A program made the position numbers and the translations under genes. Below the pieces are notes generated by a model. That model saw only the letters and a program-made list of their open reading frames with translations. It was not told the DNA's origin and did no database searches. Shown here piece by piece: positions 21,968 to 34,604 of a stretch of DNA of 64,000 bases. Positions within the stretch are counted from its first letter, which is position 1, and every line of letters begins with the position of its first letter. The stretch is from Scenedesmus sp. PABB004 (Eukaryota): NCBI GenBank assembly GCA_014905635.1, contig JABVCE010000015.1, forward strand, positions 372,001 to 436,000. The letters run 5' to 3'.

Positions 21968-23773
21968 ATGCTGCGGCCGGGGCGAGGCGCGGGCACGCAG
22001 CTGCGGGCGGCGGGCCCGCCGCCGTCCGCTGCCCTCTCGCCGCGGCAGCGCCGGCTCGCTGCTGCCAAGAAGCGGTGCGGCGACGCCTTCCCCGGGGCTT
22101 AGCCGTGACCGTAACGAGCTCGCGCGGGCGCGCCCGGGCTCACCGCCGCACCTCCGCTGCCCGCAGGTCGAGCGAACGGCGGCAGCAGGCGACGCCGGTA
22201 GCGCCTGCCCAGCAGCAGCAGCAGCAGCAGCAGAAGCAGCAGCAGCAGCACCTGCTGCAGCAGCAGCAGCAGCCGCCGTCGCCGCCGGCCGTGCCGCGTG
22301 GCCTCGCCGACCTGCCCGCGCTGCTGGCGCAGCCGCCGCGGCAGCAGGACGACGCGGCGCGCGCGCTGAATGGGCTGCCCCCGGAGCAGCTAGTCGCCGT
22401 GGCCCAGGCCTGGGCGGGCGCGGCGCGGCGGTCCGCACCGAGCGAGCTCGCCGCCGCCGAGCGCCTGCTGGACGGCCTGGCGGCCGCGGCGCTCGCGCAG
22501 CAGCGCGGCGGCGCGCTGGCGCGGCAGCAGCTCGCAGATGCCGCGTGGGCGCTCGCACACTGGGACGCGCTGCACTGGCGCCGAGAGCTCGACGCCGAGG
22601 GCTGGCGGCCGCCGCCGGACGACGAGCGGCCGCCGCCGGACGACGACGACGAGCGCGTCGGCGCGCCGCAGCGGGACGCGCTGCCGTGGGCGCGGCCGCT
22701 TCGGTGGTCGGGGCCGCTGCAGGCCTCGCTGGCCGTGCCCTTCCTGGTGCTGCCAAACCTGCTGCCGGGGCTGCGCCTGCGTGACTTCCTGCAAGAGGTG
22801 GCGCTGCGGCGGGACACCATCCAGCTCAGCGACTCCAACGGGGTGCGGGAGGTGCCTGAGTCGCGGCTCACGGGCTGGCAGTCCGACCTCGGCGTCACTT
22901 TCGAGTACAGCGGTGCGTGGGGACGACGGCAGGCCGGCGAGCGCAGGCGCTGCGAGCGCGCCGCCGCGCGTGGCCGTCCGGCGTGTGGCCGCCGAGCGGC
23001 GCCGGCCCGCCGGTGCGCGCGCGCAGGCAAGGCGATGGCGCCACGCAGCGCCGCCGGCGGGCGCCTGACGCCGCGCGTCGCGCGGGTGCGGCGGCGCGCC
23101 GCGCCGCGCCGCCCGCCGCGCCGCCCCGCGGCGCCGGCGCGCGTGAGCGCGTGCGTGGCCTGCGACGCGCGCGCCGTCCGCCGCCGCGCCGCAGGTGCGA
23201 GACGCGCTGGCTGCGGCGTGCGGCCCCGCGTTTGAATTTGACAGCGTGCTCGTGAACTATTACGAAAGTGAGTGACGCGGGCGGCAGCTGCAGCCGGCGG
23301 CGCGCGCACGCGCCGCCGCCGCCTCCCATGGGCTCCCATGGCTGGCCATCCAGCTGACTGGCGTGCGGCCCGCCCCGCGCGCAGATGGCAAGTGCGGGAT
23401 GCGGTTCCACGCCGACCCGCTCGGCGAGGGCACCTGGGCGCCAGCGACTGCGGTCGTGAGCGTCGGCGCGGCGCGCGGCTTCGTGTTTCGCCGCGCGGAC
23501 GACCACGCCGCGCGCTGGGCCTACCGCGTCGCGAGCGGGGACGCGGTGCTCATGTTTGGCCGCTGCCAGGAGGAGCTGCAGCACGCCGTCATTGTGGAGC
23601 GCTCCGCACAAGATGCGGGGCCGCGCCTGAGCCTCGTGTACAAGAAGCGCCTGCTCCGGGACGACGGAGCCTGGGCGGCCCCGCCTCGAGCGTGTGGGGC
23701 GGCTGGCGCAGGCAGTAGCGGGGCCGTCCCGGGACCGCGCGGCGCTGGCGCCGCAGCGTGCTGCGATCTGTAA
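21968..23773 (+). CDS. AlkB-family 2OG-Fe(II) dioxygenase, multi-exon
   Basis: Spliced motifs ESRLTGWQ, FEYSG, FDSVLVNYY, GMRFHAD (HxD), LQHAV (distal His) and PRLSLVYK (2OG-binding Arg). The N-terminus is Arg/Ala-rich and targeting-like, followed by poly-Q. Confidence 0.88.
23769..23773 (+). terminator. TGTAA polyadenylation signal (second copy at 25179-25183)
   Basis: TGTAA is the canonical chlorophyte poly(A) signal. Here it coincides with the AlkB stop codon; the second copy lies ~50 nt after the precursor-1 stop. Confidence 0.65.
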
Positions 23774-24069
23774 CACGTCTGACCGCGCGACAAGGGCCGG
23801 GCAGGCCAGCAGCGGCGGCAGGTCAGCAGCGCCGGCAGGGCGGCGGCTGCGCACGCGGCCAGGCCAGCGCTGGCGCGCGCGCGTTGCGAGCTGCCGCGCC
23901 GGCCCTGGCGCTCGCTCGCGCGTTGGGCCGCTCGCTCTGGCATCCTCTGCTTGTCGCCTCACTCTTGGGCGCGCTGTTGGCTGCTCTGGGCAGCTGCCTG
24001 CGCCCGGCGCCGCGCAGTACGTGACGGTGCCGCCGCCCCGCGCAAGGCCGCCCACGCGCCCCGCGAGCC

Positions 24070-24075
24070 TATAAA
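24070..24075 (+). promoter_or_regulatory. TATA box of precursor gene 1
   Basis: TATAAA in GC-rich DNA ~300 nt upstream of ATG 24373. A probable 5'-UTR intron follows (GTGAG at 24186 to CCAG at 24328). Confidence 0.7.
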
Positions 24076-24372
24076 CGCCACGCAAGCCTCCATCTGGCAC
24101 TTTGAGAACACCCTCGTGCATCGAGCCGCAGCCCATCGCCAGCAGTCCACTTCTCCCGCCCGCGCACTCCGCCAACTGCTGCGAGGTGAGCTCGCGCGCC
24201 ACCGCTAGCGACCGAGTTTGAGCCCTCAAGTCACGCGCACATCTCAAGAAGCGCGCGCGCGAGCTGGGGGGCCGTGCGGGTGAGCTCACGTCCGGTGCCG
24301 CCACCGCTGCGCCGCGCGCCGCCGCCAGGCCTCCTAGCGTCGCCGAGCCTCAAGCGAGGCCGCACGCTCAAG

Positions 24373-25128
24373 ATGAGGCTCCTCCACGCCTCCGCCGCGG
24401 CGCTGCTGGTGCTCATGTGGGCTGGCAGCACGCTGGTCACTGCCGCGCGCGCACAGGACGGCGGGGTCGAGGCCGCCGAGGCGGGCGGCATCTGGGACAA
24501 CGGCGACTCCGCGCCCAGCCACATGGCGCAGATTGAGAGCGGCGGCTGGCGCAACGACCGCTGGGGCGCCCGGCGGCGCATGCTGGGTGCGGCGGCGGTA
24601 GTCGCCCACCGGGGCTGGCAGCCTGGCCGCCGCGGCCAAGCAAGCGGGGCTAGCCCGCGGGCCGCCGCCCACACGCTGCGCGTGCCACCGGCGCCCGCCG
24701 CCGCAGGCGCCGCGCGCCACGGCGGCAACGGCGGCCGCAGCAGCTGGCGCGGCTCCTCCGGGGCTGGCCGCAGCTGGCAGGGCGGCGGCGGCGGCCGCAT
24801 CTGGCAGTTCAACCGCAGGATGCTGGGTGCGCCCGCGCGCCCGCGTGCCCTCGCTCGCTGCCGCGCCGCCGCGGCCGTGCCCCGAGCCCCGACGACCGCA
24901 CTCAACTCAACGGCCGCCGCCGCCCGCCCGCCCGCCCACCTGCCCGCCCGTCCAGGCGCCGACGCCACGCAGGCGGCGCAGGGCGCCGCGGCGGCCGACG
25001 GTGCCGCCTACACGCGCGGCGGTTGGCGGTCCAGCTTCGGTGGCGAGTATGGCAGCTGGCGCAGCGCCGCGTCCGCCGCCAGCGGCGGCCCCGCCTCGAG
25101 CGTGTGGGGCGGCTGGCGCAGGCAGTAG
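24373..25128 (+). CDS. Secreted Trp/Gly-rich multi-peptide precursor 1 (exons 24373-24586, 24707-24826, 24956-25128)
   Basis: Signal peptide MRLLHASAAALLVLMWAGSTLVTAARA. Modules ...GGWRNDRWGARRRML|G, ...SWQGGGGGRIWQFNRRML|G and ...GGWRSSFGGEYGSWRS...SSVWGGWRRQ*. GT-AG phase-1 introns fall directly after each RRML. Confidence 0.8.
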   Translation: MRLLHASAAALLVLMWAGSTLVTAARAQDGGVEAAEAGGIWDNGDSAPSHMAQIESGGWRNDRWGARRRMLGAAAVVAHRGWQPGRRGQASGASPRAAAHTLRVPPAPAAAGAARHGGNGGRSSWRGSSGAGRSWQGGGGGRIWQFNRRMLGAPARPRALARCRAAAAVPRAPTTALNSTAAAARPPAHLPARPGADATQAAQGAAAADGAAYTRGGWRSSFGGEYGSWRSAASAASGGPASSVWGGWRRQ

Positions 25129-25818
25129 CGGGGCCGTCCCGGGACCGCGCGGCGCTGGCGCCGCAGCGTGCTGCGATCTGTAACACGTCTGACCGCGCGA
25201 CAAGGGCCGGGCAGGCCAGCAGCGGCGGCAGGTCAGCAGCGCCGGCAGGGCGGCGGCTGCGCACGCGGCCAGGCCAGCGCTGGCGCGCGCGCGTTGCGAG
25301 CTGCCGCGCCGGCCCTGGCGCGCTCGCTCGCGCGTTGGGCCGCTCGCTCTGGCATCCTCTGCTTGTCGACTCACTCTTGGGCGCGCTGCTGGGCTGCTCT
25401 GGGCAGCTGCGCGCCGCGCAGTACGTGACGGTGCCGCCGCCCCGCGCCAGGGCCGCCCACGCGCCCCGCGAGCCTATAAACGCCACGCAAGCCTCCATCT
25501 GGCACTTTGAGAACACCCTCGTGCATCGAGCCGCAGCCCATCGCCAGCAGTCCACTTCTCCCGCCCGCGCACTCCGCCAACTGCTGCGAGGTGAGCTCGC
25601 GCGCCACCGCTAGCGACCGAGTTTGAGCCCTCAAGTCACGCGCACATCTCAAGAAGCGCGCGCGCGAGCTGGGGGGCCGTGCGGGTGAGCTCACGTCCGG
25701 TGCCGCCACCGCTGCGCCGCGCGCCGCCGCCAGGCCTCCTAGCGTCGCCGAGCCTCAAGCGAGGCCGCACGCTCAAGATGAGGCTCCTCCACGCCTCCGC
25801 CGCGGCGCTGCTGGTGCT
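25084..25818. repeat. Direct repeat copy B (~735 bp)
   Basis: Matches 23674-24413 from GGCGGCCCCGCCTCGAG through ...CTGCTGGTGCT. Confidence 0.97.
25475..25480 (+). promoter_or_regulatory. TATA box of precursor gene 2
   Basis: Duplicate of the 24070 TATAAA, ~300 nt upstream of ATG 25778. Confidence 0.7.
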
Positions 25819-26471
25819 TGCGGCGGCGCACAGCGCGCTGGCCTCCAAGTTGAATTACGGCCCCGGCAGCTACATGTGGGAGGGCGGCGGCGGCGGGCGC
25901 CTGTGGCAGGGCGGCGCGAGCGCGCCGTCGTGGGGCGCCATCGACGACTCGCGGTTCGACAACATGATGGGCCGCCGCCTGCTTGGTGCGGCGCGGCGGG
26001 CGCGCGCGCGCGCGCCCGCCGCGCGCGCTGCGGCGCGCCTCGTGACCTGGCAGCGCGCGGCCCGCCCGCCCGCCTTGCCGCGCAGGCGCGCAGGCCGCGC
26101 GGCAGTGGGGCTGGGGCGACAGCAACGACCGCATGTGGCAGCGCTCGGCCGACTTCAACGACCGCATGTGGCAGCATGGCGGCGGGTCAGGCCGCATCTG
26201 GCAGGGCCGCCGCCTCGCGGGCGTCACGGGTGCGACACGGCGCGGCGCTCTGCAGAGCCGGCGGCGGCGCACCCGCTGCCGGGCTGACCGCTGCCGCCGC
26301 CTTCCGACGCCGCCGCCACCGCCGCCGACACCCGCAGGCGCCGCGTCGGCCTCGGGCGGGGCCTACGGCCCGGCTGGCTGGACCAGCGGCATCGACGCGC
26401 GCGGCCCGACCTCGGCTCAGTTCAGCCGCAGCGGCATCGCCACGCGCAGCTGGCAGTGGACCAAGCTGTGA
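25778..26471 (+). CDS. Secreted Trp/Gly-rich multi-peptide precursor 2 (exons 25778-25985, 26086-26229, 26338-26471)
   Basis: Signal peptide MRLLHASAAALLVLAAAHSALA. Modules SKLNYGPGSYMWEGGGGGRLWQ...DNMMGRRLL|G, AQAARQWGWGDSNDRMWQRSADFNDRMWQHGGGSGRIWQGRRLAGVT|G and AASASGGAYGPAGWTS...RSWQWTKL*. Splicing at the GT-AG sites restores the frame. Confidence 0.82.
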
Positions 26472-26966
26472 GCAGGCGCTGGCGCTGGCCTGCGCAGGCG
26501 CGGCCGCACGATGCGCTGCGCCACGACGGTGCTGACCGCTGGCGGGCGCGCTGGCGGGCGGTGGCGGTGTGGCGTGCGGTTCCAGGGGGCCCTGCACGGG
26601 CATGAGCTGTGCGGTCATAAGTACTCGAGGGCGGCCGCCTCGGGCGCCCAACGCCGTGCCAAATCCGCCATGCAGTTTGTGTGCACACACACCACCACGT
26701 GGGGTTGCTGGGGGGCCGGCGAGCGTCAGGGGTCGCTGCGATAGCCCCTGAAATAGGGAAGCACTTGCCATGAAGTGGAGCACGTGCCATGAACAGTGCG
26801 CGGCCAGTGCCCCCACCAAACTGTTCCTGTCTGAAGGCGCATAAACAAACAACGTGTGAGAATTACTCCGGCCAACCATGATGCGCGCCCACAGCCAGCA
26901 GCAGGGAGGAGCGGAGACCAAGTCGTGCGCGGCCCTGGGCGCTGCGCCCGGCGGCCGGTCAGCTGC

Positions 26967-28761
26967 TCAGAGCTGCGCGCCCGCCGAGCCGGACGGGGCG
27001 GCGCCGCCGCTCGGCGTGCGCTCGCTCGACAGCTCCGGCCGCGCCAGCTCCGCGCCGCGCTCGGGCGCCAGCTCCGGCGTCGCCTGCAGCGACGCGCAGC
27101 TCTGCAGCCAGCGCGCGTGCTGCGCCGCCAGGTGCGCCTCGTATCGTGCCATGTGCTCCTCCACCTCGCGCTCAAAGCGGTCGCCCGGCGCCGGCGCGGG
27201 CGGTGCGGCGCGGCCCTCCGTGCGCGCCGCGAGCGCGACGGCCGCCTCGGCGACGACGCCCATCGGCGGCAGGAACGGAAACGCCGCTGCAGGCGGGGGC
27301 GAGCGCGCAGAGGCGCGGCGGCGGGCGTGAGCGGCGGCGCGGCGCGGCGTGCGGGCGCGCGGGCGCACAGGCGCTCGGGCGCGCGGCGCCGCCGCACCCA
27401 CGAACAGCAGCGCGAGCTGGCGGCGCGTGAGCGGGGAGGTGAGGTAAACATTGATCAGCTGCGCCAGCACGTTGCGCTTGACCGCAAAGCTCGCCAGCCG
27501 CGCGAGCATCGCCTCGCAGCTGCCGCGCCCGCCCTCGTCGCCTGCGTCGGGGGCGCCGCTGCCGCCGCCCGCCGCGGCGCTCGCGGAGCTGCCCGACGGG
27601 CTCGGCGACGGCGCGCCGCTGCTGCCCGGCGGCGCGCTGCCGCCGCTGCCGCTGTCGGCGGCGCTGGGCGGCTGCACGCTGATGCGCTCGATGCGCGCGG
27701 CGAGGTCCTCCGTCTCGCCCGCGGTCGCGCGCAGCAGCCGGCTGTACTCTGCGGGCCGCGGCGCCGGCGGCGGCGGCGCGGCGCACGAGGTGTGCGGGCG
27801 GCCAGGGCGGCCGGGGCGGCGCGGCGGCGGCGAGCATTCGGCGCGGGCAGGCGGGCGCGGCGCGGCGCGGCGCGCGCACCCTCCATCACGACCCGCATGT
27901 GGTCCAGCTGCTGCGCGCTGAAGCGGCACCTGCGCGGGCGGCCGCACTCAGCGTGCCATGCTGCGCGCGCGCGCGCTGCCCGTGTGTGGCCCCCCGCGCC
28001 GCGCCGCCGCACCGGCGCGCAACCATCACCCAGTGCTCTGCGTGGGCCGCCGCGGGCGCGCGCGTCGCGGCATTGAGCAGCGCGGCCTCGTAGATCGCCG
28101 CCGGCGCGTGGTGGGTCGCCGCGAGGGTCAGCGTGGTGGCGTCATCCATCAGCGCCTCCAGCTGCTGCTGCGCCTCGCTCGCGTACGTCGCCGCGCCGCC
28201 GCCGCCGCCGCCGCCGTCGCCGTCACAGTCGCCGTCGCCGCCGCCATCGCCGCAGCCGTCGCCGCAGCCCTCCTCCTCGTTCGCCGCGGGCTCGTCGCGG
28301 CCGGCGAGCTCCAGCAGCACCGTGAGCGCCTGGAAGCTCTGCACCGAGTTGTCCAGCCAGTCGCCGCACGCCATGGCGCGCACGCGCGCGAGCGTCACGG
28401 GCGTGGCCGCCGCAAAGCGGCCCAGCGCATAGCACCCGCACGCGCCGGCCGTGGCGGGCGCGTCGCCGCGCTCAGAGTCGTGCCACTGCTCCGCCTGCGG
28501 CTGCCCCTGCCCGTCCCCGCCCGCCGCCAGCGCGGGCTGCTCATCGCCGCCGTCGCAGCCCGCGTCCCAGCGCTGCTGCGCGGTGAGGATGAGCTCCAGC
28601 TGCTCCTGCGTGTGGATGAGCCCGCACAGCACGCGCTCGCGCAGCGCGAGCGCCGCGTGCACCGACTGCTCCCGCTCCAGCGCCGCGCGCTGCGCCGCGA
28701 GCACCGCCTCGCCCTTGGAGATGTCGACCTGGTACTTGGGCTTGAGCTTGGTGCGCCCCAT
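26967..28761 (-). CDS. Hypothetical helical/coiled-coil protein, multi-exon
   Basis: MGRTKLKPKYQVDISKGEAVLAAQRAALEREQSV..., then HWVMVARR/CRFSAQQLDHMRVVME and VLAQLINVYLTSPLTRRQLALLFV. Splice sites are plausible but no family is firmly recognised. Confidence 0.65.
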
Positions 28762-29536
28762 CGCGCCGGTAAGGGCCTTGGGCTGCAGCGGGCGGTCGAT
28801 CGCCCTGCTTCACGCCCTGCTTCACGCCGCTGCGGCCGGACGCCGCCGCCGCCGCCGCGCCTGCCGGCGCCCGCCCGGCGCGTCGCCTGCCGTCTCCACA
28901 CGGGACTGGCTCCGCGCGCTCGGCAGCCGGGCTGCCGCGCCGGCCGCGCCGGCGGCGCGGGCTGCCGCCGCCGCTGCTGCCGCCCCGCCGCGGCTCAGCG
29001 GCGCCGCCGCGGCGCCGCGCCAGGCGTCCGGGTGATCATGCGACCAACGACGGCTCCGAACGCGCTGCTGCCGCGGTGCCGCGGGGGCGGAGCAGGCGGC
29101 TGGAGCTCGCGGCAAAGGGCAGATTGCAAAAGCGCGGGCGTCGCGCGCGCCGGGCCCGACGATGGTGTCGGATGGCTTGTGGAGAGCACCGTCGGAGCGG
29201 GCACAGGGCGCAGCGCCGGCTGTCAAAGCGACCGGCCGGCTCCTCGCGTTCCGGCGCCCGCGACCGACCGCCATCTCGCTGTGCGCGGGAGACGCGGAGT
29301 GCGTGCCGCGGCGTGCGGCGCAGCACGATCCCGGCCGCCGCACCGCCCCGCGCGGCGCCGCCGCTGCTCGGGCCGCGACGGTGACGCTGACTTACAGCGC
29401 CCGCCGCGCAGCGCCGACCCCGCCGAGCGTCGCCGCCCAACATGAAAAACCGCGCGGAGCGCCCGCGACCGCCGCCGCTGCCGCCGCCGCCTGCCGCGAG
29501 GCGTTTGCCGGCGTCGCTCGCCCAGCCTCGTCAGGC

Positions 29537-32250
<2,714 letters not shown>

Positions 32251-32455
32251 GGCGGCCGCGGCCCGGGCTGCTGCTGCCGTGCGCCTGGTCCGGGCTGCCG
32301 AGCGAGCGCGGCGGGAGCGGGCTAGGCGCCGCGGCAGTGTGGCTGCGCCGGCGGCGGCGCGGCGGTGGCGGGCGCCGAGCGCGCCGCTGGTTGCGCCCCG
32401 GGGCTTGCGCCGCCGCCCCGCCCGCCCGGCGGCGCCTCGCGGCGCCGCCGCCGTC

Positions 32456-34365
32456 TCACGGCACCGGCGCGCCGAGGCTGAGCCCGCGCGGCGCGAGCAC
32501 GTAGCGCTCGATCGCCTCCGCCACGCCGTCGGCGTCGTTCGGCGCGACGGCGACGTCCGCCGCGGCGCGCACCGCGGGGCCGGCGTTGCCCATCGCGACG
32601 CCAAGCGCGGCGAGGCGCAGCATCTCGATGTCGTTCTCTGCGGCGTGCGCAGCCAGCCAGGGCGGGCCCAGTGCGGTTCGGGGTCGGGTCGGCGCCGCGG
32701 GCCAACGCACGCGCGTCTGCGGCCGCGCCACGGCGGCGACGCGCCGCACCGCCGTCCCCGAGCGCGAGCAGGCCGCCCGCGTCGAGGCCGAGCTCGCCCA
32801 GCAGCCACGCGACGCCCGCGCCCTTGCTCGCGCCCAGCGGGAGCACCTGCGCAGGCACGTGTGTTTGTGGGGAAAGGGGGGCTCGCTCACGGCCCGCGAC
32901 GCGCACGCGCCGAGCCCCACGCCCCCCCCCCCCCCCCCCCGCGCGCCGCCGGGCCGCCGCCGCCGCGCCTCGAGCATGCCCGACAGCGCCGTCGTGCAGG
33001 TCGCGCGGCCGCGCAGCGCGTCCTCGGCGGCCGGCCGCATCGCGTCGATCTCGTGCTGCGGCGCCAGCCATATGAGCTTGTGCACCTGGGTGAGGACGGA
33101 GAGCAGGCAAGGGCGCGGGCGGACGCTCACGGACCGGGGGGGGGGGGGGGGGGCGCCGCGAGCAGGCGCGCGGCGCGCACGGGCGCGTGGGCGGGAAAGC
33201 GCGCTGCGCCGCGCCTCGCGCGCGCCGAGCAGGTGCGCGGCGAGGTCGCCCACGGGCTCCGGCGTCGGCTCGGCGTAGAACAGGAGCCTGCGGGGCAGGG
33301 TTTAGCGGGCGCGGGCACGTGACAGGGTTTAGGGCGTTGGCACGGGCCCGCGGCGGCGGTCGCGGGCGTGGCGCGGCGAGGAGGCGCGCGCACGCGTGGC
33401 AGAGGCAGGCGCGGGCGGCTGCGCGAGCAGCCACCGCCGGCGCGGCGCCGCCGCCCGCCTGTCGGTGTGCTCGTCGGTCGTGGCGACGAAGATTCGGTCG
33501 TGACAGTACGCTGCCAACGTCACGCGGCGCTCGGCCGCGATCGCGATGCAGCTCTCGACCACGTCGTCCGGCAGCGTCCTGCACCGGGGCCGGGTGCGTG
33601 TGTTTGCATTGCAGCGTGTGCTGGCATGCCAACACGTTGCGCAGCGCGGCGCGGCGCCGGCGCCGCCGCGCCGAGGCCGGCGGGGCGAGGGCGGCGGGTG
33701 CGCGAGCGCGGCGGCGCGGCGGCGGGCGCGCGCACTGGCTGCGCAGCACGTTGCCGTCGGCGTCGGCGATGAGAAGGCCTTGCAGGAACACGCCCGGCAG
33801 GCGGCTGCTGCTGCCGAGCCGGGGCAGCACGCTCGGCACCCACGGCCCTCGCGCCTTGCCCGTGGCGACGATGAGCTGCCGGCGGCGGCGGGGCGGGCGG
33901 CGCGGTGAGCCTGCGACGGCGCTGGGGAGCCCAGCCAGGCAGGCGGCGGCGGCGTGCCGGGGCGCGGCTGGGCGCCCGCGCCCCGCACCGGCACGCCCGC
34001 GTCGCCCGCCGCGCGCACGGCCGCCTCGACGCGCGGCGTGAGCTGCTGGGAGCTGTTGAGCAGCGTGCCATCGACGTCGGTGGCGATCACCGAGATGTGC
34101 GGCGCAGCCGTGGCGCGCGCGGCGACGCCCGCCGCCGCGCGCGCGGTCCGGCCGCGCGCCGCGCCGCCGCAGGGCACGATGCGGCCCCCGCGCTGCTGCT
34201 GCGCCGGCCCTGGGCCCGCCGGCGCCCGGCAGCGCTGCTGCAGCACCTGCGGGAGGGTAAATCAGCGGGCAACAGCCTCGCTCCAGGCGTGGGCGCGCCG
34301 GCCAGCGGCGCGCCGGGCGGCGCGCACGCAGCGGCGGCAGCGGCTGCTGCTGCGCGCGCCTGCAT
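32456..34365 (-). CDS. Cof-like HAD-IIB hydrolase, probably organelle-targeted, multi-exon
   Basis: Motif I ATDVDGTLL, motif II ATGK, EVLPLGASKG, motif IV GDG/ENDIEML, VAMGNA and NDADGVAEAIERY. Confidence 0.93.
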
Positions 34366-34604
34366 CGCGCCACGCCCCCGGCCGGCGAGCGAGGCCGAAG
34401 CTTTCAGGCGCGACGCAACGAACGCGCGCGTTCGCACGATCGCTCGCTCGCTCGCTGCTGCGGCGGCGGGCGGCGGGCGCTGCTGCTGCCGCTGCGCGGC
34501 GCGCGTGCCTGGGCTGCTGCGGCTGCGACGGGTGGGCGGACGAAGGTGCGGCCGACATCCCCAGCGCTGGCCACAGAGCCTCAGTTACAGCGCCGCGCCA
34601 GGGC

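Larger units (their letters stand above)
23674..24413. repeat. Direct repeat copy A (~740 bp)
   Basis: Nearly identical to 25084-25818, with a few substitutions and small indels around 23910-24050. Contains TGTAA, TATAAA, a probable 5'-UTR intron and the first ~14 codons of the precursor gene. Confidence 0.97.

Noticed and set aside
7437..22272. (CAG/CTG)n tracts at ~7437, 7625, 8292 and 22211
   Set aside because: Ordinary poly-Gln or poly-Ala low-complexity coding tracts, common in chlorophyte proteins.
23674..25818. The 740-bp direct repeats as LTRs of a retroelement
   Set aside because: There are no TG...CA ends, no evident target-site duplication, PBS or gag/pol, and the repeat boundaries fall inside host coding sequence.
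20368..26471. SDR + 2OG oxygenase + peptide precursors as a RiPP-like biosynthetic cluster
   Set aside because: The arrangement is tempting, but both enzymes look like ordinary families without signal peptides (probably organellar) while the precursors enter the secretory pathway. Only adjacency supports it; conserved synteny or co-expression would reopen the idea.
32456..34365. YbeY-HAD fusion endoribonuclease
   Set aside because: No YbeY HGxLHLxGxDH motif is seen; only the HAD domain follows the targeting-like N-terminus.
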